Positions 55,884 through 64,000 of a stretch of 64,000 bases of DNA are shown here, in pieces. The stretch comes from Clostridia bacterium. Lineage in GTDB: Bacteria; Bacillota; Clostridia; CAKSNL01; HGM11501. The stretch is from NCBI GenBank assembly GCA_045545475.1, contig JAZQAZ010000014.1, positions 1-64,000 of the forward strand. Reading direction: 5' to 3'. The position numbers and the translations under genes are program-made. The stretch's first letter is position 1. The number at the start of each line of letters is the position of its first letter. The notes under the pieces were generated by a model that saw only the letters and a program-made list of their open reading frames with translations, was not told the DNA's origin and did no database searches.

Positions 55884-57758
55884 TTATTTGACTATTTTAT
55901 AAAAAGTTACGCTCATCGGGGGAATGGTTACCTCTGATGAATTTTCGAGTCCGTGATAAGGTATTGCCTTTACCGGAACGGTGCGAAGGGGTGTTCCGGT
56001 ACCGCCGTATTTCTTATAGTCCGATGAAAATACAGGGGTTATCTTTTTTCCGTAAGGGATTCCGATTCTGTATTTATCACGCCTTACGGGGCAGAAGTTG
56101 CAGATAATGATAAGCTCGTCGCCTTTTTTATCAATTCTCCTGAAAACGATAATGCTCTGGTCCGCATCGTCTCCGCTTATCCAGGATGTGCCCTCCTGTT
56201 CTGTGTCCATCTCATACAGCGGAGGATTATCAAGATAAAAGCGGTTTAGGTCTTTTACAAATTTATGCATTTTTTTATGAGCATCTACGGAAAGCAGGAA
56301 CCAGTCCAGCTCTTTCTTGAAATCCCACTCAATAAACTGGGCAAACTCACTTCCCATAAAGGTGAGCTTCTTTCCGGGGTGTGCCACCATGTATGCATAA
56401 AAAGTTCTGAGGTTTGAAAATTTGTCTTCGTAAACTCCAGGCATCTTTCCGATCATCGAACACTTTCCGTGAACTACCTCGTCGTGGGAGAGGGGAAGGA
56501 TATAATTTTCCGTGAAAGCGTAGGAAAATGAATGGGTCAACATTCCGTGAATGCTTTTTCTGAACAGAGGATCGTTGGAAATATATTTGAGCATATCGTT
56601 CATCCAACCCATATTCCACTTATAGTTAAAGCCAAGACCGCCCATATAATCGGGTTTTGTTACCATTGGGAAGATGGTGGATTCTTCTGCAATCATCATA
56701 ACGGAAGGCTTGAAGGCAAACGCTGCGGCATTCATTTTTCGCATGAAGTCTATGGCCTCTAAATTTTCTTTGCCGCCGAAATAATTCGGGTGCCATTCTC
56801 TGCCGCTTCTTCCGTAGTCCAGGTAAAGCATGGAAGCCACGGCATCAACTCTTATTCCGTCTATATGATACTTGTCCAACCAGTATAATACATTTGATAT
56901 AAGAAATGAGCGGACTTCGTTTCTTCCGTAGTTAAAAATTCTTGTGTTCCAGTCGGGGTGTTCGTTCATCACATAGTCGTTTGATTCATAACAGCATGTG
57001 CCGTCAAATTCTATGAGACCGTATTCATCTTTGGGGAAATGTGCACCAACCCAATCTATAATAACGCCTATTCCTGCTTCGTGACATGTGTTTACAAGAT
57101 ACATGAAATCGTGTGGTGTTCCGTAACGGGAGGTGGGAGCATAGTAGCCTGTCACCTGATAACCCCAGGAAGGATCAAAAGGATATTCCGACACAGGCAT
57201 AAGCTCCACATGGGTGTAATTCATTTCCTTTAAGTAGTGAACCAGATCGTCAGCAGTCGTGCGGTATGAGAAAAAGTTGCCGTCTGAGTGCTTACGCCAT
57301 GAGCCTAAATGCAGTTCATATATATTCACAGGGGAGTTAAGGGTGTTCTTTTTTGCATTTTTGGTCATATAGGATTTGTCGGTCCATTTGAACCCGCCAA
57401 GGTCATAAACCTTGGAATCATTATCCGGGCGTGTACACATGTGAAATCCGTATGGGTCGCACTTATACACAAAGGAACCGTCTGATTTTTCGATATAGTA
57501 CTTATAGGAATCGTAAACCTTGGCACAGGGAACAGAAAGTTCAAAAACTCCGTATCCTATATTGTTCATAAAGGCGTTCTTGTCCCATGAATTGAAATCG
57601 CCTGTGAGCCTTACTGAGCGGGCGTTGGGGGCCCAGACTCTGAAGATGAAGCCACCTGATGAAACTTTGTGACAGCCCATGTATTCATAAGCGTCAGTCG
57701 CATTGCCCTGGTTGAATTTTTCCAAGAAATCTCCTAATGAAGCCTTGTTTGATTTCAC
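55884..57758 (-). CDS. glgB: 1,4-alpha-glucan branching enzyme
   Basis: FRVWAPNA, IYELHLGSW, SWGYQ, DGIRVDAVASM, AEES, SHDEVVHGK; GTG start after GAGGTG. Confidence 0.97.
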   Translation of the reverse strand: MKSNKASLGDFLEKFNQGNATDAYEYMGCHKVSSGGFIFRVWAPNARSVRLTGDFNSWDKNAFMNNIGYGVFELSVPCAKVYDSYKYYIEKSDGSFVYKCDPYGFHMCTRPDNDSKVYDLGGFKWTDKSYMTKNAKKNTLNSPVNIYELHLGSWRKHSDGNFFSYRTTADDLVHYLKEMNYTHVELMPVSEYPFDPSWGYQVTGYYAPTSRYGTPHDFMYLVNTCHEAGIGVIIDWVGAHFPKDEYGLIEFDGTCCYESNDYVMNEHPDWNTRIFNYGRNEVRSFLISNVLYWLDKYHIDGIRVDAVASMLYLDYGRSGREWHPNYFGGKENLEAIDFMRKMNAAAFAFKPSVMMIAEESTIFPMVTKPDYMGGLGFNYKWNMGWMNDMLKYISNDPLFRKSIHGMLTHSFSYAFTENYILPLSHDEVVHGKCSMIGKMPGVYEDKFSNLRTFYAYMVAHPGKKLTFMGSEFAQFIEWDFKKELDWFLLSVDAHKKMHKFVKDLNRFYLDNPPLYEMDTEQEGTSWISGDDADQSIIVFRRIDKKGDELIIICNFCPVRRDKYRIGIPYGKKITPVFSSDYKKYGGTGTPLRTVPVKAIPYHGLENSSEVTIPPMSVTFYKIVK

Positions 57759-57813
57759 CTTTAATTCACCTCTTTGGTTGTGATATATTTAAATAGGTAG
57801 AAACATTATAAAC

Positions 57814-57842
57814 AGTATAACATACAATTGTTACAAAATCCA
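57814..57842 (-). promoter_or_regulatory. Putative sigma-A promoter of the glg operon
   Basis: Minus strand TGGATT-N17-TATACT with extended -10 TG. Confidence 0.5.
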
Positions 57843-57948
57843 GTATTTTTGGAAAAAATATGAAAATAATTTCTTTAATTATATATGCGGTATATATAGT
57901 TTATTATAAATTCTTGAAATTATGAATTTTTTTCTCGCATTTTTTCGC

Positions 57949-57977
57949 TTGACACCCGGGTTTTTGTGGTATAAAAT
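57949..57977 (+). promoter_or_regulatory. Sigma-A promoter
   Basis: TTGACA-N17-TAAAAT. Confidence 0.72.
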
Positions 57978-58005
57978 TAATGTGATTTTCAGAAAGGGTG
58001 ATAGT

Positions 58006-58350
58006 ATGCCGTTTATAGAAACGAAAACTACAGCTAACGTAACAGATGAAAAAAGAGAAGAAATAAAAACACTTCTCGGCAAAGCGATAGAACTTATTCC
58101 GGGAAAGAGCGAAAGCTGGCTTATGCTTTCTTTTTCCGACAATCTCAAAATGTATTTCAAAGGCGATGATTCTGCGGACACCGCTTATATCGATGTGAAA
58201 ATTTTCGGAAAAGCTGAAAAGAAGGCGTACGATGCTCTTACAAAAGAAATCTGCAGAATTTATTCTGAAGTTTTGTCAATCCCGGGGGACAGGATTTATG
58301 TAAAGTATGAAGAAGCCGATATCTGGGGCTGGAACGGAATGAATTTTTAA
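58006..58350 (+). CDS. MIF-like tautomerase family protein
   Basis: N-terminal Pro (MPFI), IPGKSESWLM, RIYVKY, WGWNG.NF; start moved to ATG58006. Confidence 0.85.
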   Translation: MPFIETKTTANVTDEKREEIKTLLGKAIELIPGKSESWLMLSFSDNLKMYFKGDDSADTAYIDVKIFGKAEKKAYDALTKEICRIYSEVLSIPGDRIYVKYEEADIWGWNGMNF

Positions 58351-58356
58351 TTGATT

Positions 58357-59292
58357 ATGAAAAAGAAAATTTCTGCAGTAATTTTATTGCTTATTGTGCT
58401 GTTTTTTGTGTTTTTGTCATTTTATAACCAAAGGGTAACAAAAGACATTTTTGCCATGGATACGGTGATAAGTCTTAATATCAAAGGACTTGGTGCAAAA
58501 AAGTGTGCAGAGAAAATTGAGGAGGAAATAATCCGTCTTCATGAAGAACTTTCCGTTAACGGAAACGGAGCACTTGCTGCTTACAATAAGGGAGAAAATC
58601 CGGGAGAAGAAGTATCCTTTCTTCTTTCCGAAAGCGACCGCATAAGGAGAGAAACCGGGGGTGCATTTGATGCGGGGATTTACTCTGTGACAAAGCTCTG
58701 GGGCTTTACGACAGGGGATTTTTCGGTGCCGTCTGATGCGGATATAAAAGAAGCTCTTTCGCTTAAAGGAATAAGATTTGATTTCGGAGCAATTGCTAAA
58801 GGGTACGGTGCCGATTCGGCAAGAAAAATTATAGAGGATCACAATGTGAAAGAGGCTGTCATATCCCTTGGCGGTACAGTTCTTGTTTTTGGGAAAGATA
58901 AGCGTGTGGCAATATCCTCGCCCGACTCGGATGGCTATGCCGCATATCTTGATGTGGCAGACTGTGTTATATCAACGTCGGGTGGATATGAAAGGTATTT
59001 TTCTGAAAACGGAGAGACCTATTCACACATAATGAATCCTGAAACCGGTTACCCTGCGAAAAGCGGAATAGTAAGTGCAACTGTTATAATGGAAGACGGT
59101 ATGCGCTCTGATGCCTATTCCACGGCGGTTTTTGTGATGGGTGAGGAAAAGGCGAAGGAATTCTGGAAAGAATTAACTTTCGGACTTGTGATAATAACCG
59201 AAGATAACCGCATGATTATATCCGAGAATTTAGAAGGAAAAATAAGCGGAATTGACGAAAAATACGATTTGGAGATATGGCATCATGAATAA
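58357..59292 (+). CDS. apbE: FAD:protein FMN transferase (ApbE family)
   Basis: FAMDT, DFGAIAKGY, SLGG, STSGGYERY, HIMNPETGYP, DAYSTA. Confidence 0.92.
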   Translation: MKKKISAVILLLIVLFFVFLSFYNQRVTKDIFAMDTVISLNIKGLGAKKCAEKIEEEIIRLHEELSVNGNGALAAYNKGENPGEEVSFLLSESDRIRRETGGAFDAGIYSVTKLWGFTTGDFSVPSDADIKEALSLKGIRFDFGAIAKGYGADSARKIIEDHNVKEAVISLGGTVLVFGKDKRVAISSPDSDGYAAYLDVADCVISTSGGYERYFSENGETYSHIMNPETGYPAKSGIVSATVIMEDGMRSDAYSTAVFVMGEEKAKEFWKELTFGLVIITEDNRMIISENLEGKISGIDEKYDLEIWHHE

Positions 59293-60154
59293 AAAATATA
59301 TCGGCATGCTGGAAATGGCAGTGTGTGCGATTCTCTGGAGTATAGCGGGAGTTTTCATTAAGAAAATTTCTGTTGGAGCTATTGTTATAGCAGGGACAAG
59401 AAGTGCTTTTGCAGTTCTTTGCACCTTTATTTATATGAAAATTATGAAAATAAAGTTCTGCATAAATAAAAGAGTGTTTTTCGGAAGCCTTTGCACTTCG
59501 GCAACATTTTTGCTTTTCGTTAGTGCAAATAAGCTGACTGATGCGGCGAATGCCATAGTGCTTCAGTATACGCAGCCACTTTTTATTCTCATTTTCTCGT
59601 GGATATTCTACAGGGAAAAATTTGTAAAAAGAGATATTGCGGTGGCTCTTACCACTCTTTTCGGAATAGCTTTGTTTTTTGCTGACAACATATCGGGAGA
59701 AAAACTTTTCGGAAACTTCGTGGCCATTGGAGCGGGAGCAGCCATCGCTCTTGCGTTTATGATATACGGACACGTTACAAAGGAAGAACGTTTCAGCGGT
59801 ATGCTTATGGGGCATCTGATGACCGCTGTGGTGGGCGTTGGCTTTTTGATTGCATCGCCTGTCAATATAACAGTAACGGACTGGCTTTACATGGGGATTC
59901 TGGGGATTTTTCAGCTTGGAGTCGCATACATATTTTTCTGCCTGGCTGTTGAAAAAATATCGGGTTTTGCCTGCTCGATTATTGGAGTTATCGAGCCGCT
60001 TTTGAACCCTTTGCTTGTTATGATTTTTATCGGAGAAAAACCCGGAAAATTTGCATTTTGGGGTTGTGCCGTGGTTATATTGGCCGTAACGGCATGGGGT
60101 ATGCTTGATGCAAAAGATGATGCGTTGAAAAAAGAAAAATCTGCTGTCAACTGA
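59285..60154 (+). CDS. DMT/EamA family transporter
   Basis: About 10 TM; ANAIVLQYT.P, IEPLLNPL, GEKPG. Confidence 0.9.
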   Translation: MNKKYIGMLEMAVCAILWSIAGVFIKKISVGAIVIAGTRSAFAVLCTFIYMKIMKIKFCINKRVFFGSLCTSATFLLFVSANKLTDAANAIVLQYTQPLFILIFSWIFYREKFVKRDIAVALTTLFGIALFFADNISGEKLFGNFVAIGAGAAIALAFMIYGHVTKEERFSGMLMGHLMTAVVGVGFLIASPVNITVTDWLYMGILGIFQLGVAYIFFCLAVEKISGFACSIIGVIEPLLNPLLVMIFIGEKPGKFAFWGCAVVILAVTAWGMLDAKDDALKKEKSAVN

Positions 60155-60166
60155 CAGCAGATTTTT
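60135..60166. terminator. Bidirectional terminator embedded in overlapping 3' ends
   Basis: AAAAATCTGCTGTCA-ac-TGACAGCAGATTTTT. Confidence 0.8.
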
Positions 60167-60641
60167 TTGTTAATTTCTTTATAATATGTTTTATAAAAAG
60201 GAATATTAATATTCCGAGAATAACTCCGGCAAAGTCAATGGAAATATCCTTGAATTGAAAACTTCTGCCGGGGACGAATATCTGATGTACTTCGTCGGCT
60301 AAAGAGAAGAGGGCACATCCTGTAAAAGACAGGAGTGCTTTTTTTATTTTATCCGAATTTGAAAGAGAGAAAAAGGCAAAGGTTAGAAATCCGAGAGCGG
60401 TATATTCTGTGAAATGAGCCAGTGAGCGTATGGTTGAGTCTGTTTTTTTTATCAACGCTTTTTGCTCTTTTTCCGGCATGGAAGAGAAATCTTCTATAAA
60501 TATTTCGAGTATTTGTTCCGTTACTTTTTTGCTTGTTTTTGAAGATACGGATGCCTTTTCGGAAGAAAAATGAAATATAAGTGCCACGTTGCAGATAATA
60601 AGGAGCGATATCAGTGTTCGTAAAATGATTTTTAGCTTCAT
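60147..60641 (-). CDS. VanZ family membrane protein
   Basis: IFHFSS, AHFTEY..LG, DEVHQIFVPGRS...DI..D..G; GGAGG RBS. Confidence 0.9.
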   Translation of the reverse strand: MKLKIILRTLISLLIICNVALIFHFSSEKASVSSKTSKKVTEQILEIFIEDFSSMPEKEQKALIKKTDSTIRSLAHFTEYTALGFLTFAFFSLSNSDKIKKALLSFTGCALFSLADEVHQIFVPGRSFQFKDISIDFAGVILGILIFLFIKHIIKKLTKKSAVS

Positions 60642-60729
60642 AAAAACCTCCATTTTAAGGACTGTTTTTTATAGTATAGCGTTTTTTATAAAAAAAGTCA
60701 AAAAAAATTGAAAAAAATTAAAAAAAGTA

Positions 60730-60803
60730 TTGAAATTTGAATGGAAGTGGTTTATAATGGAGTTACAGTAGTGACTTGATGGGTTTCGGTGGGCAAAAGT
60801 GGA
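60730..60803 (+). promoter_or_regulatory. mraZ promoter with MraZ-type direct repeats
   Basis: TTGAAA-N17-TATAAT; (G/A)TGG at 60747, 60757, 60779, 60789 and 60799. Confidence 0.65.
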
Positions 60804-60833
60804 TATTTGAAACATAGAAAGGGAGGTGGCAGG

Positions 60834-61292
60834 ATGAATAGAAATGTTTTTTATGGCGAATACACACATACTTTGGATGAAAAAGGCAGAGTGATACTTC
60901 CTGCCAAGTTCCGTGAAATGCTGGGAGAACAGTGCCATATCACAGTAGGATACGATTCCTGCGTTACTGTTTATGACGATGCCGGATGGGATGCTTTCTT
61001 GGGAAAGCTCTTTGATGAACTTGAACACGAAACCGATGAAGACTACAGAAGAAGAATAAGAATTATGGCATCCGGCGGTATGGATATTAATATAGATAAA
61101 CAGGGGAGAATGTTGATTCCCCCTCCGCTCAGAGCGAGAGCGAAAATAGATAAAGAAGTAAGCATCGTGGGTAACCTTAATAAAATTGAAATATGGCCCA
61201 GCGAAGTATGGAACGGATATCTTAACGATGAAGCAAATCCTCTTGAAAAAGTATCTCAGAAAGTAGAGGAAAAGAAAAATGCCAGAGTTTAA
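60834..61292 (+). CDS. mraZ: Division/cell wall cluster transcriptional repressor MraZ
   Basis: FYGEYTHTLDEKGRVILPAKFR, IDKQGRMLIP, IEIW; GGAGG RBS. Confidence 0.96.
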   Translation: MNRNVFYGEYTHTLDEKGRVILPAKFREMLGEQCHITVGYDSCVTVYDDAGWDAFLGKLFDELEHETDEDYRRRIRIMASGGMDINIDKQGRMLIPPPLRARAKIDKEVSIVGNLNKIEIWPSEVWNGYLNDEANPLEKVSQKVEEKKNARV

Positions 61293-62205
61293 TCATGTAT
61301 CGGTGTTAAAAGAAGAACTTACCGGCGGAATAATAACCGATAGGAACGGGATTTATTGCGACATGACTCTTGGCGGTGCGGGACACAGCAAAAGGCTTTT
61401 GGAACTTACAGATAAGGCTGTGCTTCTCGGAATAGACCGTGATCCGTTGGCTCTTGAAGTGGCAAAGGAAAGACTTTCGGATTTTTCAGACAGAGTAAAG
61501 CTCTATCACGGGAATTTTTCTGAGATAGATATTGCGGCCTGGGAAAATGAAATTGATGCTTTTGACGGCATAATGGCTGACCTTGGAGTATCAAGCCCGC
61601 AACTTGACGATGCGGACAGAGGATTCTCCTATATGCACGATGCTCCACTGGATATGAGGATGGATACCACGAGCGATTTTTCGGCGTATGATGTGGTTAA
61701 TAAATACTCAGAAGCGGAACTTATGAGAATAATCGGAAGCTACGGGGAGGAACGCTGGGCGAAAAGAATCGCAGAGTTTATAGTGAAAAACCGCCCTGTG
61801 AAAACAACGTTGGAGCTTGTTGACATAATAAAAGCGGCGGTTCCTGCAGGAGCAAGAGAAAAGGGCGGACATCCTGCGAAAAGAACATTTCAGGCAATAA
61901 GAATAGAGGTTAACGGCGAACTTGAAGCAGTAGAAAATGCTCTTGGTAAAGCGGTTTCGCTTTTGAAGAGCGGTGGAAGAATAGGGGTTATAACCTTCCA
62001 CAGCCTGGAGGACAGATTGGTTAAACAGACGTTTCAGACTTTGGCCAAAGGTTGCACTTGTCCTTCTTCGTTTCCGGTATGTGTATGCGGAAAGCAACCG
62101 GAGATAAAGATAATAACGAAAAAGCCGATATTGCCGGCTGATAAAGAAATCATTGAAAACAGCAGAGCGAAGAGTGCTAAACTCAGAATCGCGGAAAAAT
62201 TATAG
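61279..62205 (+). CDS. rsmH: 16S rRNA (cytosine-1402-N4)-methyltransferase
   Basis: HVSVL, DMTLGGAGHS, DLGVSSPQLD, PLDMRMD, FQAIRIEVN, FHSLEDR, SAKLR. Confidence 0.98.
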   Translation: MPEFNHVSVLKEELTGGIITDRNGIYCDMTLGGAGHSKRLLELTDKAVLLGIDRDPLALEVAKERLSDFSDRVKLYHGNFSEIDIAAWENEIDAFDGIMADLGVSSPQLDDADRGFSYMHDAPLDMRMDTTSDFSAYDVVNKYSEAELMRIIGSYGEERWAKRIAEFIVKNRPVKTTLELVDIIKAAVPAGAREKGGHPAKRTFQAIRIEVNGELEAVENALGKAVSLLKSGGRIGVITFHSLEDRLVKQTFQTLAKGCTCPSSFPVCVCGKQPEIKIITKKPILPADKEIIENSRAKSAKLRIAEKL

Positions 62206-62220
62206 AATAAAAGGAAGGGT

Positions 62221-62670
62221 ATGGGAATGGAACATTATAACGGTAATAATGCTTACAGAGTAAGATTAAAGGAAAGAGAAGAAAGAAAACTTATAAGCCG
62301 TGAAAATCCCGGATATGAATCGTTTGTAAGAGCCAAGCGAAAAGAAATTATAGGTTCTATACTTATAATCATGGCAGTGGCACTTATGATAATACTTAGA
62401 TATGCTCAGATTTCGGTGCTTAATTCCGATGTTCAGTCAACGAAAAAAGCGTTGGAAGAGGCCAGAGCCGAATATACCAATCTGGAAATAGAAAGAGACA
62501 GAATAATAGACTTGTCTCATGTTGAAGATGTTGCCGTAAACTCATACGGTATGACAACGCCGACGAAAGATCAGATTGTATATATCAGCGTTGAGAGAGG
62601 TGACTGCATAAAGGTGGCAAAATCCGGTGGCGGAGCATCTTTATTTTGGGGACAATCGGCTTTTAATTAA
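62221..62670 (+). CDS. ftsL: Cell division protein FtsL-like
   Basis: Single TM plus coiled coil, VEDVA...GMTTP; lies between rsmH and the PBP gene. Confidence 0.72.
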   Translation: MGMEHYNGNNAYRVRLKEREERKLISRENPGYESFVRAKRKEIIGSILIIMAVALMIILRYAQISVLNSDVQSTKKALEEARAEYTNLEIERDRIIDLSHVEDVAVNSYGMTTPTKDQIVYISVERGDCIKVAKSGGGASLFWGQSAFN

Positions 62671-62781
62671 TCGGAACAAAAAATATGCTGCTATTGGTAA
62701 AATGCTTTCAGGCGTTTTATAATTGCGGCATTTTTCCGTTTCATAGAACTTGTCGTTTTTTGTTATTTAGAGGGGTAATGT

Positions 62782-64000
62782 ATGAGTATACTTTCTGTAA
62801 AAAAGAGAATGAAAAATCTGGCGTTTGCATTTATATGTGTTCTTGTGGCACTTGTAATATGGCTCTGTTATCAAAGTATAACTTTGGGAGAAAGGTACAG
62901 AGAAGCGGCAGAAAGACAGCAGACAAAGGATATAGAGGTTGCAGCGAAGCGCGGGACAATATATGACAGAAACAAAAAACAGCTTGCGGTAAGCGTTTCT
63001 GCGGATACGGTTATTTTAGACCCTGCTTTAATCAGAAAAAATGAAAAAGCGGAAAAGGTGGCTTCTGCACTTTCTGAAATACTTGATATGCCTTATGAGG
63101 ATGTATATAAAGTTACGCAGAAGGAAAGCAGCTATGAAATATTGAAAAAAAGAATTACTCAGGAAGAGAGTAAGGCTATAAAGGAACTGAAGGACAAAAC
63201 CGGAATAATGCTTGAGGAAGACACAAAGAGAAACTATGTATACGGTTCTCTTGCGGCAAATATTCTGGGCTTTACCGGATATGACAATCAGGGGCTTGAC
63301 GGACTTGAAAGTGTATATGATAGCGTGCTCTCAGGAAAAAACGGCAGAAAGAGTGTTGCTGTTGCTAACGGCGGCATTGAATTGCCCTATGCATACGAGC
63401 AGTATGTGGATCCGGAAAACGGAAAAAGTCTGGTATTAACCATAGACGAAACCATACAGCATATTGCGGAATCAAGACTTAATGAAGCAATTAATAAATA
63501 TGGAGTAAAGGAAGAGGGTTGTGTTATTGTAATGAACCCCAACACCGCCGAAATTCTGGCGATGGCGGCAACTCCCGGGTATGATCCGAATGCTCCCTTT
63601 GAAATTTACGATGAAGAATTGCTATCAGAGCTTGAAGGACTCGAAGGGGAAGAAAAGAGCGATGCGAAAGGTAAAGCTCAGTATCGCCAGTGGAGAAATA
63701 AGGCGATATCGGATACATATGAGCCGGGTTCGGTGTTTAAGATAATAACTGCTGCAGCTTGCCTTGAAGAAGGTATTGTTGATGAAAATACGGCATTTAA
63801 TTGCCCCGGCTCGATGCATGTGGCAGGATGGAACATAAATTGCTGGAGATATTACAACCCTCACGGTATACAAAACATCGAAGCAGGTTTGGCCAATTCC
63901 TGTAACTGTGTATTTATGACACTGGGACTTAATCTTGGTGGTGAAAGATTCAGAGAATATGTTAAGGCTTTTGGATTTGAAGAAAAAACCGGTATTAATC
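62782..64000 (+). CDS. Class B penicillin-binding protein (FtsI/SpoVD-like), runs off the window end
   Basis: Own translation: MSILSVKKRMKNLAF...KRGTIYDRN, YEPGSVFK (SxxK) and SCN (SxN) in the same frame; missing from the ORF track because there is no stop in the window. Confidence 0.93.
   Translation, partial: MSILSVKKRMKNLAFAFICVLVALVIWLCYQSITLGERYREAAERQQTKDIEVAAKRGTIYDRNKKQLAVSVSADTVILDPALIRKNEKAEKVASALSEILDMPYEDVYKVTQKESSYEILKKRITQEESKAIKELKDKTGIMLEEDTKRNYVYGSLAANILGFTGYDNQGLDGLESVYDSVLSGKNGRKSVAVANGGIELPYAYEQYVDPENGKSLVLTIDETIQHIAESRLNEAINKYGVKEEGCVIVMNPNTAEILAMAATPGYDPNAPFEIYDEELLSELEGLEGEEKSDAKGKAQYRQWRNKAISDTYEPGSVFKIITAAACLEEGIVDENTAFNCPGSMHVAGWNINCWRYYNPHGIQNIEAGLANSCNCVFMTLGLNLGGERFREYVKAFGFEEKTGIN

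Noticed and set aside
60669-61028. 119-aa minus-strand ORF
   Set aside because: Antisense to mraZ and its promoter; low-complexity Phe/Asn tail from poly-A tracts.
62685-62966. 93-aa Cys-rich ORF from the track
   Set aside because: It overlaps, out of frame, the true PBP start at 62782, which has the RBS and the RGTIYDRN motif.
1-64000. rRNA, tRNA, CRISPR array, integrase or transposase
   Set aside because: None recognised. Intergenic gaps are short and contain no repeat-spacer array or cloverleaf that I could see.

Overview
Chromosomal segment of a low-GC Gram-positive anaerobe (Clostridia-like: SLH-domain protein, glgBCDAP with GlgD, sigma-A TTGACA/TATAAT promoters). It carries about 54 CDS and no rRNA, tRNA, CRISPR array, integrase or transposase that I can see. 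Housekeeping genes are asp23-nadK-argR, trmO, alaS, GTP-type PEPCK, luxS-mtnN, metY-metA, an M18 aminopeptidase, rlmD, the glycogen operon and the start of the dcw cluster (mraZ-rsmH-ftsL-PBP, running off the end). Accessory blocks lie between them. The best candidates for undescribed systems are (1) an AT-richer three-gene cassette directly behind rlmD (PD-(D/E)xK-like nuclease, 2-TM protein, short RNase J-like beta-CASP nuclease), followed by a nucleotidyltransferase, and (2) a tandem TIR-TIR/Sel1/TPR protein at the head of the luxS-mtnN operon. Also notable are a 2256-aa secreted MBL-hydrolase/adhesin mosaic, a cytoplasmic GH39-like/SASA esterase/GH110-like cluster, and an unannotated 33-aa membrane peptide ending the glycogen operon. 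All calls come from reading motifs by eye; no database search was run.
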